Program-made: the position numbers and the translations under genes
Notes under the pieces: model-generated
Told to the model about the DNA's origin: nothing
What the model saw: only the letters and a program-made list of their open reading frames with translations
The model's database searches: none
In this document: positions 36,947-49,178 of the stretch, piece by piece
How positions within the stretch are numbered: position 1 is the stretch's first letter
Layout: every line of letters begins with the position of its first letter
Assembly (NCBI GenBank): GCA_002269645.1
Contig: NIVC01003142.1
Location: 9,051 to 73,050, forward strand
From: Macrostomum lignano
Taxonomy: Eukaryota
Reading direction: 5' to 3'
DNA length: 64,000 bases

Positions 36947-37500
36947 AAAGATAAAAGAAGAGAAAGGAAAGATGAGAGAGCAAAGGCAAGAGAGAAAAGA
37001 GGTGAGGGAAGAGACGAGAGAAGAGGGGAGAGAGGAGAGAGGAAAGAAGAGATGAGAGGAGAGAGAGAGGAACGAGTAGAGAGGGGAAAGATGAGAGAGT
37101 AGAGGAGACAGTTAAGAGAAGAGAGAAAAGAATAGAGAGGAGAAGGAAGAGACGAGAGAAGAGGGGAGAGAGGAGAGAGGAGAGGAGAGAAAAGAAGAGG
37201 GAAGAGATGAGATAAGAGATATGAAAGAGAAGAGAGATGAGGGAAGATACGAGAAAAGATGGGAGAGAGGAGAGAGGAGAGGAGAGAGAAAACGACAGAG
37301 TAGAGAGGAGAGAGGAGAGGAGAGAAAACGAAAAAGTAGAGAGGAGAGAGGAGAGGAGAGAGAAAAGAAGAGACAAGAGATGAGATAAGAGAGATGAAAG
37401 AGAAGAGAGATGAGGGAAGATACGAGAGAAGAGGGGAGAGATGAGAGAGGAGAGACGAGGGACGAGAGAGAAGAGAGGAAACAGAAGAGACGATAGAAAT
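36330..37500. repeat. About 1.2-kb polypurine (GA-rich) low-complexity tract
   Basis: Almost exclusively A/G on the + strand. It explains the LSPL-rich minus-strand ORFs. Confidence 0.92.
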
Positions 37501-37888
37501 TTTAAAGCATCCAAGGGACGTAAGGAGAGGCAGGGAGAGGCCTGAGTTTGCCAATACATGTTTTAGAGTCAGATAGACATTGCCTGACATTCTGCGCAGT
37601 ACCCCAGCCAACAATATCAACGTTTGCCTCAAACCCTAATTTTACACGAATGTGCTCCATTTTATGTCTACCTCTATCCTACTAACTATAAACAAGTTTT
37701 TGTTTGTGTATGGCCTTAGATTTCAAAATACATGCAAAAGTTCCAGGGATTGGAATTCCCCGGGTTCAAAATCCGCGGGTTTCAACAGCTTGTTTTTTTA
37801 TATATCTCATTTTAAGAATATATATATATTGCTTGTATTTAAAATACTAAATATATCTAAAAATATAAATATGCCATCTCATTATTAA

Positions 37889-38060
37889 CATACGTGCGCA
37901 ACCTTGGGAATCACCCGGCCGTTTCTATTGGCAACACACACATGTAAGTCGCTATTGGCTGAGAGCAGTCACATGACTACTTTTCTGTCCAATAGCGACA
38001 TACATGTGTGTGTTGCCAATAGAAACGGCCGAGTGAATCCCAAGGTTGCGCCCAAGCATG
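37889..38060. mobile_element. 172-bp hairpin MITE with 8-bp TSD (P- or hAT-like)
   Basis: About 65-bp inverted arms (37896 onward and ending 38051), CAT...ATG termini, ATTATTAA at 37881-37888 and 38061-38068. Confidence 0.75.
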
Positions 38061-38949
38061 ATTATTAACATTTCAGATAGTTTTTAAAAGTATCTTGTTG
38101 TTCAAGGAACTGAACTTTGCTTTGTTCCCCTATTGCTATCATGCAAAGACAATTAATTTACCCAATTGCTTTATATTTCTTTGTACCTTAATTTACTCAT
38201 ATTTACCACTTTGTCTTTTAATGCAATCTATTGCTGCTGCATGATGTGCTAATTGTACTTAAATTTTCTCACAATTGCCATTTTGTTTTAATGCGCTCTA
38301 TTGCTTGATCAATATTGTTTTATCTTAATTCACCAAATAATGTGATATAATGTAATACATATATAATTACATTTATTTAAATTTATATATACTAAATTTT
38401 AAATTTTATAGTGCTATAAATTTGTAAGGATTACTGAAAACGATGTCATTGTCTTTTTTATTTAACTTTACTGTCTACTATACAATTGTGAAAACAGATA
38501 TACAATACAGAAAGGTTACAATAAACTAATAATAATAAAGCTTTGGCTAATCACAAAAGTTATTTGCTGCTCTTGCAAGATCTTACTAATAAGATCTTGC
38601 AAGATATAAAAGATAAGATCTTGTATGATGTAGCAAGTTGCCAAGATCTGATAAGTTTACCTAGGTATTATCATAGCAAAGGTCTTGCACATTCTTGCAA
38701 GATGTTATCATAGCAAAGACTTGTATAGCAACCCAAGAAAATTAGATAAGATCTGCTAAGAATCAATAAGTCAATGTCCTCTAGGGTTGTTGCCCAGTTG
38801 GGCAACAAGCAATATGCCAACTGATTTCTCAAGAAGTATGCAATCAACCTCAGGAGAAGCTCTTCAAACCTGCTGCTGAAATTAAAGAACAAGTTCTGCA
38901 AGATGAAGGCAGCTTAAGAGGTCTGCCTTAGCTGCCAACACTGGAACTG

Positions 38950-39850
38950 TTGGCATAGCATCCTAATGAACCATAGGATCTAGAACTCCAACTTTAAGAA
39001 GAGGTGCTTCTAGATAGCTTTTTGCCAAGTGATGTCCACATTAAAGAGAACAGCAGATGCCACTTTATATTTGCTAGCCAGTGTTAATTACAGCTACTAG
39101 GACATTGCAAGGAGTGGTTTGGCAATAGAACCTTTTTTGTCATCAAAGAACCATTTTTATAGCTGTGTATCTTTCATGGTTACATTTGGCAAAATGAGTC
39201 TATAAAGCAGATACTACTAGCTTACATTCTCATGTTTATAAAGAGCAAATGAGACTATAGGCATACACTGCGAGCTTTCAAAGATCTGCTGCCTGAATGC
39301 AAACTGAAGAACATCATATTCAACTTTGAAACCAGAATATAAAAGGCTACAAAGTCTTCTATTTCCCAAATGTATTCCCAAAGTAGAGAGTATTCCCAAA
39401 TGTGAAGTGTCACGGCTGCAGCTTTTACTAGGCCTTATTCACAGGCAATTTAGCAGTATATTCAGTCACTTGGCTTACAACCTGCTTACACAAATGATAA
39501 GGCTGTTTGGTCCTTTTGTCACAAATTAATGACATTGGCTTTTCTGCCAAGCAATTGCATGCAAGCTGCATTCATAGAGCTGCAACAGACAACCTAAAAA
39601 AAAACAGCTATGTGCATTGTGTGAGTACATTTCCAACATATGGCTTAGCAACACTGTCTGGTGATTGGACAAAGTTAGTGTTTTCCACCATACCATCAGA
39701 ATGAACAATGGGACTGAAGGCTACCATCACTATCTCAACCAAAAAGCACAGAGTGGCAACTTTCGCTTCTACAAAATTGCAACCTTACTTTACAACAAAG
39801 CAAGGGTAGCCAATCTCCAGGCTAAGCTGGTGTCTCGGGAGCAATTCAAC
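38950..39850 (+). mobile_element. Decayed Mutator-like (MULE) transposase relic
   Basis: Fragments HFIFAS..LQLL..CKEWFGNRTF (WYxDGTF), KQILLAYILM (KQVPL), NFETRI*KA (DFExAxWKA), VSVFHHTIRMNNGTEGYHHYLN (WSVF...RTNNxxEGxHxxLN). Confidence 0.8.
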
Positions 39851-40289
39851 TCAGCTTTATCATTTATATTTTTAATTACACCTATTTTATTGTCTAGGTC
39901 TAGTCTACTTATTCATGGCCATATAGTATAGTTTTAAGAATTTAGAAGACTCGGAAAACTTTAATCATGTTTATCAAAATTGCATACCAGTTTGCCTATA
40001 GTGAACATATAGGCCTAGTTCTAAAGTACTTGTCTAACCTATTTAAGTATTATCAACCTGAGCCTAGCCTAGGGCATGGCTAATAAGCCAATTAAGATTT
40101 TATTAGGCCTAGGCCTAGTTAAATAATTTATTTAGAATCTTAGGCCTACTTTAAAAGTCTATAACTTCCATTGTGTCACCATGGGTACCCATTACACTTA
40201 TAATCTTCCAACTCAGTTTCACTTTGTGGCTTAAATAAATTGTTCCACTTTAAGATTGAAACAGTTTTGTCCTATAAACTTTAGCAATC

Positions 40290-41200
40290 CTTTGGTTTAC
40301 AATCACTATCTATTTTGCCAGCTTTAGTTTATAATTTAATAAATATATTAAATCTCTAAGGTTTGCATGCTTGTCACTTTCTATTTTTCCAGTTTTGGTT
40401 TAGGATCACCTTATATTTTGCTTAGGCCCCTTATTGCAATGCAAAATGGAGTGTTCAAAACTAAGACATAAAAACTGATGGTAATTTCAAATGAAAAGAA
40501 AGCAAAAGTTGGCTGATCAACTAACTTTGTTTATTTGAAATTGAAAGGATTGTACATTAGTTTATTAGTAGCTTATGCATATATATCATCTTTGGTTTAC
40601 AATCATCCAAATGTACATGTCTTATTAAAATGATTGTAAACCAAAGCTGGTTGTAAGAAAGCATGTCAATCCTAGCTTAGCATAGGCCTCTAATTAATAT
40701 TTAATGCTACACCCTCCTCACTTTTGGTCTACAATCATTTCCATACATGCACTCCATTGAAATAATTGTAAACTGAAGCTGGCTATAAGAAAGCATGTCA
40801 ACCCTTAGTACACTTTCTTATGGCTAGCTTTGGTTCATAATCATTTAATGGGTAACATATGTTTGGGTGATTATAAACTAAAGGTGAAATATATAGGCTA
40901 CCATAGCTCAAACTTGTGACTTGACAGTTGAAATTAGTTTGACAGTCTTTCTTACTGCCAGCTTTGGTTCGCGATCATTTAAATGGGCAATATATATTTG
41001 GGTGATTGTAAATTGAAGGTGAAGTATAAGGTGCTATGACAATCTTACCATCTTTTGAAATAAACAAAGTCAGTTTGCCAATATTTGATTTACTTTCATT
41101 AGAAACTCTAGATTTATGTCTTACAACTATTTTTTGCAGTGATCATCACTGTTAAAGGTGATTGTCACTGTTTGGGGTGATTGTAAACAGAAGGAATGCC
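40290..41200. repeat. Dispersed array of short inverted-repeat hairpins (CTTTGGTTCGCGATCA family)
   Basis: At least 4 arm-loop-arm units near 40591, 40720, 40826 and 40959. Confidence 0.65.
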
Positions 41201-43029
41201 GAAACTTTAAGATTGTGCTATATAGAGTTTCAGTAGGCTGACACTGCGACTCGGTTTGCAATAATAGGGGGGGGGGCTACATTAATATAGGGCCTAGTGC
41301 AGGAATTTTTCTGCAGACAGCATTTCCAAAGAAAATAAAATCCAAAATAAACTAACTAAACATAGCTAAATAAAAAAGAATCGTAGATCTATAGACAATA
41401 CAGGTAAGATATAATTAGATTCTATGTAACTATTTACACGCTGCTTTTGTATTATGCACCCGCTTAAAAAATTCAAGCCGATTCCTGGTTAAATTCCAAG
41501 TTAAACTGTGAATATTCAAGGTTTATCTAGGAATGAGAGTTAAGATCGCTTCCAAGTTAAACTGACGTTTAAATTCATTGCACTTTAACAAAGCACGGTC
41601 AAAAAAGTTGAAAAAAACGACTGTTAAACTAAGCTAACTGTAAAGAAAGTTTTAAGTTTTAAGTTAAAATACTAGGCTGAGCTTCACTACACACATAAAT
41701 CAAACGCAGCATGAAAAGTAAAAGATTTGAATGTTATCGCGCGCTCAGACCATCTGCACATTTTTTATTTTTATTTACAAGTGCGCGCATTCACTTGTAT
41801 TATGAAGTAATCGCATTATCGCGCGCAATCTTTTGGGGCATAAATTTCAGACAATAATCTTTAAGATTTTACTACAGCCGCATCTGGGGCATGAGTTTAA
41901 AATTTTGACGCGGCTGAGACGCGGCTAGCAACATGGAAGTGCGCATTCTCAGTTTTTGCCTCAATCTCTAAATTAGCTTTCTATTGTTCATTTCTACTAT
42001 TTAAAGGGTATTACTAACCAAAATAATTAAAGATCTAAGCGATAGGTGTGCAACTATACTACTTGTTACTGTTTAGTTCTTGGTTTGTGTGTTTTGCTAT
42101 ATTTGCTATTTTAAAAATATCTAGAATAGATATTTTTATATCATATTATTTCTTTTTAATTCTGTCTTGAAACTTTCATAGTAAAAGACACATTGAACAC
42201 GAATTATGTTTTATAGTTATACTAACTATAAAGTTTTATTTTATATTTTTTATATATTAAAATTTTATTTTTAGCAAAATATTAATTGCATTGTTCTAAT
42301 AAAAAATAATTGTTAGAAATTTCTATAAAGAAGCATTACTTTTTGTTCCTCTATCCTCAATTTTAGCAGCCAAAACATTTAGTTTTTAAATGTAAGAACT
42401 ATCTCAGTTTTTATGTAGCTTCATTTTAAAGAGATATTTTGTACATATTTGAAAAAAAAACAACTAAAATGGTTCACAGTTTTATAGTCACTCAAAATCC
42501 TGCTATCAATAAAATTCCTATTAAGGCATTTAGAATTCAGTATTGAATCATTATAAATCAATAAATAACTTTAAACCATTAAATCACAAAAATAACCTGT
42601 TTGCATGCACTTGCATTTGCACTTTGAGCTCCCATCATTTGATTTTTCTCATCAGTAGTATTTTATATTTGTTATTTTTCATACAATATTTTCTAATTGT
42701 GATTAGTGACTTCTAGCCCTATCACATCAGAGAAAAAGCAATGTATAAGCTGTTGGGCATGTAGAAGCCATCAAAAGCGAGCATAATTTTCTTGAATAAT
42801 ATAGGTATATTTGTCTGGAATAAGTAGGAAGTTTAAAAAATACTAACTGTAAAGTTGTAAAACTGGCAAAGTTGGTAGAAGAAACACTTCTACTTCACAA
42901 GTAGAAGAAACACTTCAACACTTCTACATTTTTTAACAAAAGTTAATAAATAATGTGCTTCACAAAAAAGTGCAGTACCATCGAAAAATATGACTAATTT
43001 TACTTTCGCTGTCCTTGCAGTTATTTCAG

Positions 43030-43780
43030 GTTGCACATGGAGCACCAATTAAACAAATTGTTTGTAGTTCGCTTTGCTCAGAATGCGATGCAAGCCGTCA
43101 ATGAACAGGACTTGTGCGTCATTATTGCAGCGAGCAAAGAAGAGGCTCCTCTACGTCTATGCTACGGGAGGAAAGTACATGTAGCCGTAGCTGGACGCTC
43201 CTCGAGCAGTTTACAACCCGACGTTGATGGTCCCTGCTTTGCCTACCTTTGCGCTGATCAGGAACTGCCTCCCAATCATGGGAATAGAGACGGTGAGAAT
43301 GACACAGTGCCTGGCACTTATTTGTTACAGTAGGCGGCTAGCTTGCAAAACTATAGATTAGAAAATGTGGTATTAGCTGTACAGTATGTGTGTTACGTTT
43401 TGTTTTATGAATTTCCCTAACTTTTTAGGGGAACCGACAATCGGCAACGTGCGACTGGAGCAGATGAACAAAAAGCTCGATAAGTTGATCGAATTGCGCA
43501 GCGCCCAGAGTCATGGTGGTAGGACGGTTGGACAGGCTACACAAGAAAATACGCCTGAGGCTGAACCACAGGACAGGTTGATGGAGGAGCAAAATGGCAT
43601 CGCGACTGGACAGGACGGCGATGAGGCGGCATGTAACATGTAATCTGGTTGAGGAGCTCCCGGCCGTAACAGTAAACAAACGGCGACTCGACATCGCCAT
43701 TCAGGCTAATGCTGCTGCGCTTGATGCTACGGCAGCCACCAAGCTTTGTTACTAAGGAGCTGCTAATCGAACTAATAGGT
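43030..43780 (+). pseudogene. Disrupted coding-like segments with a coiled coil, possibly a TE accessory (BEN-like) gene relic
   Basis: Exon-like ORFs after tttcag (about 43029) and tttttag (about 43427), coiled coil RLEQMNKKLDKLIEL, and a 7-bp CATGTAA duplication at about 43630 that breaks the frame. The domain call is weak. Confidence 0.3.
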
Positions 43781-44040
43781 ATGGAGGCTTATCGCTTTCT
43801 ACGAAAAGGCATTTTCCAGATTTTTTCTAACTTAATTAACAATGTCTGTCACTTTCTTGCAAATATAAAGAAATGATTATCATAATTTGAATTTTTAGGT
43901 TTTGCAATTTTATAAATAATAAAAGCGCACTAGAGGTGCGCCATTTATAAAAGTTAAAGTTCAACTGCACATTTATATTTGCTGTTTATTATCATATTTC
44001 AGGTCGTGATGCTCTTACATGCGACTCCGGCTCCTATATG

Positions 44041-44790
44041 CAAGGACTACTTAAGTAGAAGGACGGAAGACTCAGAATTGGTGAAAATTTCATTGGAGGC
44101 CGATTTTTCAATGTATCTCCTGTGTACGCTATTGATCGACAAACCTCCGCCAGTACTGAGGCCCATGCTTGAAATGGCGAAGACTCTAACTGTCCGCGGC
44201 GACTTACTCAACGAGCTGCTCAAAGCTAAGTGTGTCAGCTAATTGTATTCATTTAGAAAAAATCTTATAACATAAAAAATGTGGATATAAATGCGATTCC
44301 CAAATGTCGATTCTCAAAAAAACACAGCTTTTTTATTTCTTATTTTCTTCAGTTTCTACTTATAGACAAATCGTGAATACATTCACGCATTCGCTCTTTC
44401 CCACGCGCATCTCCAATTGCTCACTGTTCATTTTTCTTTCATTATGGTTAAAATTCAATAAATAAATAATACAATCGAGACTGGAGACCGTCTAAAAATT
44501 AAGAAAAAATTCAACGTTTTTGTCATTAAACAGACTCGTATCCGTGATAAGAGTTATGTACTTTTGTTAAATTTAATAGTGTGAGAACTAGCGTTGCTAC
44601 GGCGAGCAAAAAACGGCTGAAATTTGGCGTCAGGGCTTCTAAATACGAAATTCCTCATTTACTACTACTGCAAAAAACTTTGCGCACTACTAACCGCAGT
44701 AGATAAATTCGAACATAACTCCTAAATTTTCGCGACGCTCATTAAATTAAACAATTCTTCCGTCTTCCTACTTAAACTAGGAACGTCTTC
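44041..44790. mobile_element. Non-autonomous element related to the 45149 foldback; right end degraded
   Basis: Left end CAAGGACTACTTAAGTAGAAGGACGG matches the TIR at 45149. A partial inverted copy lies at about 44757-44785. Confidence 0.55.
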
Positions 44791-45148
44791 CGACTTACCT
44801 GATTGGCTGGCTAACATGGAAGAATAGAGTGATTTTAAACTAGGAATATGGCTTTAATTTTCTATGCGGGCAAGCACAAAACAACAGAAGTAAAAAGTTC
44901 TTAGTTGTAAGTCTATATTCTAGAGTCTTACTACCTAAAGCTTAAAAAAATCTTACTACATTTGTGTGTCACATGCCTAAAAAATTCTAAATTAACAAAA
45001 TTTATCTAAATTGTTATATTAAGTGATCAAATTGCGGCCCGGCCCGGACTGCAGCTGGCCGAGCCGGGCCGCGAAATACCAACACGTATATTTATCGTGC
45101 AAGCCTGCATGCATGCATTGCACATCCCAGGCATGCACATCCCACATC

Positions 45149-45845
45149 CAAGGACGACTTAAGTAGAAGGACGGGAAACCTCGTTTCTTAGAAAATTTTT
45201 GAAGGCACTTTTTCCCGAAAAAATACACTACGGAGATAGGAAATTTTCATTTTTTCAGCACAAAAATTGCTATTACTTTTGATAGGAAGCAGATTCAGTG
45301 TTCATCTTTTGATATGTTGTGCCTTTTTTATTGCTCTATCGATATTTATAAAACTTTTCGTTCAGAAAATTACCTTTCTATGTTAATTTTTTATTCTACG
45401 TATATCTTCACGCGTCTTGGCTTGAAATACATTAAAATGCCACGGCTCAGCTCTTTGGTTTTATGAGTCTATTTTGTCATTCTTAACTGACTGTGTAGCA
45501 AATATTCGTAACAGAGATGATAAAATAGATTCATAAAACCAAATATTGGAGCTGTGTCATGCATTTTTGTGATTTTCAGGTACAGGAAATATCCGTGGAA
45601 TAAAAAATTAACATAGAAAGCTAATTTTCTGAACAAAAAGCTTTTTAAATATCGATAGAGCTATAAAAAAGGCACAACATATCAAAAGATAAACACTGGA
45701 TCTGCCTCCTATCAAAAGTAATAGCAATTTTTGTGCTGAAAAAATGAAAATTTCCTATCTCCGTAGTGTATTTTTTCGGGAAAAAGTGCCTTCAAAAATT
45801 TTCTAAGAAACGAGGTTTCCCGTCCTTCTACTTAAGTCGTCCTTG
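45149..45845. mobile_element. 697-bp foldback/MITE with 248-bp TIRs and 8-bp TSD (P-element superfamily-like)
   Basis: TIRs 45149-45396 and 45598-45845, termini CAAGG...CCTTG, CCCACATC at 45141-45148 and 45846-45853. Confidence 0.9.
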
Positions 45846-47483
45846 CCCACATCATGCGAGTTCAAATTAATTAAAGAAAGAAAGCAAAAAATAACAAAAA
45901 ACAAAAAGTATAACAAAAAATATATTTAAAGATTAATTATGCTAGGTAATAAAATATAGCTATTTCGGTTAAAAAGCTAAAAAACATATAATATGTAGAT
46001 TGATCGATAATAATTACATAACAAATCACTAAATAACCGATCGGTGGATCAAGGGAACCGGTCAAACCGCGGCGACAAGACGATCCGGCGACAGTCGAAG
46101 CAGAGACAGACAATTCGGCGACAAGGTATACATATTTACAGCACTGGAGTAGTGTAGTATAACTGTAGTACTGTACTGTAGTAGTGTAGTATGACACAGC
46201 TTTGTGAATAAAAGAAAACTTTTTTCCAATTTTTTTTCGATCACTGAGTGTGGGCCACTCCCGCTGTGTGGGCCACCCACGCTGTAAAACTGAACGTGGT
46301 GCACTCAGCTGCTCAACTAAATGTACTTGACAGTGTCCATTTGTACATTGTTCGCTAGGATCGCGTATGTCTTGTCACCGTTTGACTCGAATTGCCTCCA
46401 ATCGCTATGTACATTATGTATAACTTGACATATAATATCTTCTACACGTGTGAACATGTACGTCAGACTGTGGTGAAAAGCCTGACTATATTAACACCAT
46501 TACACGACTTCTCACTTTAGTTTGCAACAAGTTTCTCACAGAGAGCCGTTTAAAGCAAAAAATTGAAGACAAAAATTCATCGCCATTCGGATAAGACTGC
46601 AGGCCGGCCCTGGGGTACAGACCTCTAGAAAATCCATTGATTCGTAGTTCTAAACTTATGCAGCTATATTAATGATAAAACTAGCGTTTCAATTCGCCCC
46701 TCGATTTTTATACTGTTCAGACAAATCGACCTGGTTTTTGGTCGAACGCTTCAGTAGAGGCTCTGCTGATCGGCCTAACACCGGCCCACCGACGGGACTG
46801 GGCACACACACTCACACACACACTCACGCTCTACCACTAGGCTACAACCCCGTGTGCGCTCATTGGTCAAATAAATAAGAGCTATGGAACACTGTACGAT
46901 TTTATAGTGCTGAAGAAAAATATATTAAAAATTAAACTAAATAAATAAGCTGCTCCAAGAAATTCCATTCTGGTCGACGACAATTATAGGATTCTCAATT
47001 TAAATTGCACACACACCATTTGAAAGGAAAATGGAGTATCAAGGAGAATTAAGTCAAGACTGCCGCTGTCTGATCAGCAGCAATAGTTCATTAATATTGT
47101 TAATTTCTCCATCACCAGACTGAATTTCTGTTCTCGGCGTACTTTTTACTGACCTGCAATTGATTAGGAAATGATCAGATTGGGCACGCGATATATTCTC
47201 TACTAATAGCATTGCAACCCAACAGACGAGGGCTAAACTGCCAAACTATTGCGTCTTTACGTAACAAAAATGACAACAAAATCATTAATGTACCAACTGC
47301 CATCCGTCAAAGGGTCTCTCAAGGAAGATGATTGGGAAAATTTCGATTTCATATGCGCTTATTAACTCTTAGTTCAATTTTCAGTGACTATCGAATTACG
47401 CACCGTTCTGATAAAGACTCTCTTCAAGCAAAAAACAATTAGAACTGATCAAACGAATCCAGCACGAATGTCCCAAGACGTAC

Positions 47484-49178
47484 CAGGAACGAATCCAGTA
47501 GGATAAACTTCGTTTCTATAGGCCCCTCCGCAGGTCTTGCTGCTGTCTCCGCCGCACGCCATTTTGCAATCGGAGTCGCTAGCCTTGCCGTGCTTGCCAT
47601 ACGAGTTGCCGCAGAGGCACCAGTTACTGGCTTAAAGACCGGCGTACTTGTAGTTCTGAGATTTGCAGCGGCTCACGCAGGACTCGGGCGTAGTCGACGA
47701 CGAATGATGGAGAACCGGCAGGTCTCTGTCACTCCCCTTGTCCACGTAGCAGCCGAGGCGCTTCGCTGCTGTAAACAATATTTCAGCGAATCTCTTTGTT
47801 CCTACAGTGCACGTCTGGCACAAACCCACGTAAACAGCCCTAGGCTCGTTCTCTTGAAATTCTCTTTCGTACAACAGAACAGCAAGCATCTAATTTAGGC
47901 AAAGTCTCATTTAGGTACCAATCAAGTTTAGGTAGCGTTTCTTCTGTGTAGCAACAATTTGGGTGACATCTGGGTGACATTTATTTAGGTACCCTGTCAT
48001 CTGGGTGACATCAATTTAGGTAACATCTCATCTAGGTAGCATCAATTTAGGTAACATCTCATCTCATCTAGGTAGCATCAATTTGGGTGACATCTTGGTG
48101 ATATTTATTTAGGTAACATCTCATCTAGGTAGCATCAATTTAGGTAACATCTCATCCAGGTAGCATCAATTTAGGTAACATCTCATCTAGGTAGCATCAA
48201 TTTAGGTAATGTCTTATCTGAGCTGCATCAATTTAGGCAACATTGTTGTACTTTACCTGCTGCCATCTTTGTTACAACGTTGCCGTTGCTTGTCGCCATA
48301 GACATCTTAGTTCTGCACTACGTTCAATTAAGCGCGTGCAGCGCAGCCCCCTCCCCATTAAATTACAACCAGCTCTCAGTAAACTACAAACATCTTATCT
48401 AGGTAGGCATCTAATTTTTCCAGAGTCTGATTCAGGTAGCATCTAATTTGGACAACATCTCATTTTGCTCGTGAAGCAAAGCTTAACCCTAAATATTGCA
48501 TGCCCTAACCCAATATTTATACTTTCTAACTCCAGCATTAATTTACTTCTCAAGCAATCAACTGCTTCACCGATCAAGAAAACGAGCGGAAGGAATGCAA
48601 AGATGCCGAATGAGCAGCCCTCTTTCGCCCCAACTGACACAAAGTAAGCGAGCTTGACTACCTTGACGACTTAAATTAGCACGCTACTGACAAATGACTA
48701 ATCCAGCACGAATGTCCCAAGACGTACCAGGAACGAATCCAGTAGGATAAACTTCGTTTCTATAGGCCCCTCCGCAGGTCTTGCTGCTGTCTCCGCCGCA
48801 CGCCATTTTGCAATCGGAGTCGCTAGCCTTGCCGTGCTTGCCATACGAGTTGCCGCAGAGGCACCAGTTACTGGCTTGGAGACCGGCGTACTTGTAGTTC
48901 TGAGATTTGCAGCGGCTCACGCAGGACTCGGGCGTAGTCGACGACGAATGATGGAGAACCGGCAGGTCTCTGTCACTCCCCTTGTCCACGTAGCAGCCGA
49001 GGGAAGTAAGTGCTGCAAAATGTTTTAAGCGAGAACGTGACTTTTCAGTCTTCACTTTTTTCACTGAGCAAACGGAGGCATGGATTAGAGTCCTTCCTTT
49101 CTCTATAGGCTTACCTTCAGCACATCCCGCGGCCAGACACAGGCAGACGAGAATCGCTGGCAGAGGTTGAGTAGCCAT
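47484..49178 (-). CDS. Secreted WSC-domain (carbohydrate-binding) protein: signal-peptide exon plus two tandemly duplicated WSC exons, the second with a nonsense codon
   Basis: Exon 49178-49115 (MATQPLPAILVCLCLAAGCAE, signal peptide), 102-nt intron, exon 49012-48728 (LGCYVD...TPESCVSRC...YAGLQASNWCLCGNSY...CKMACGGDSSKTCGGAYRNEVY), second 285-nt copy 47768-47484 with TAA at 47634-47632. If the GTACGT donor at 48727 is unused, the ORF ends at 48684. Confidence 0.8.
47925..48240. repeat. About 31-bp tandem repeat (CAATTTAGGTAACATCTCATCTAGGTAGCAT) between the two WSC exon copies
   Basis: Direct tandem units. Confidence 0.85.
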
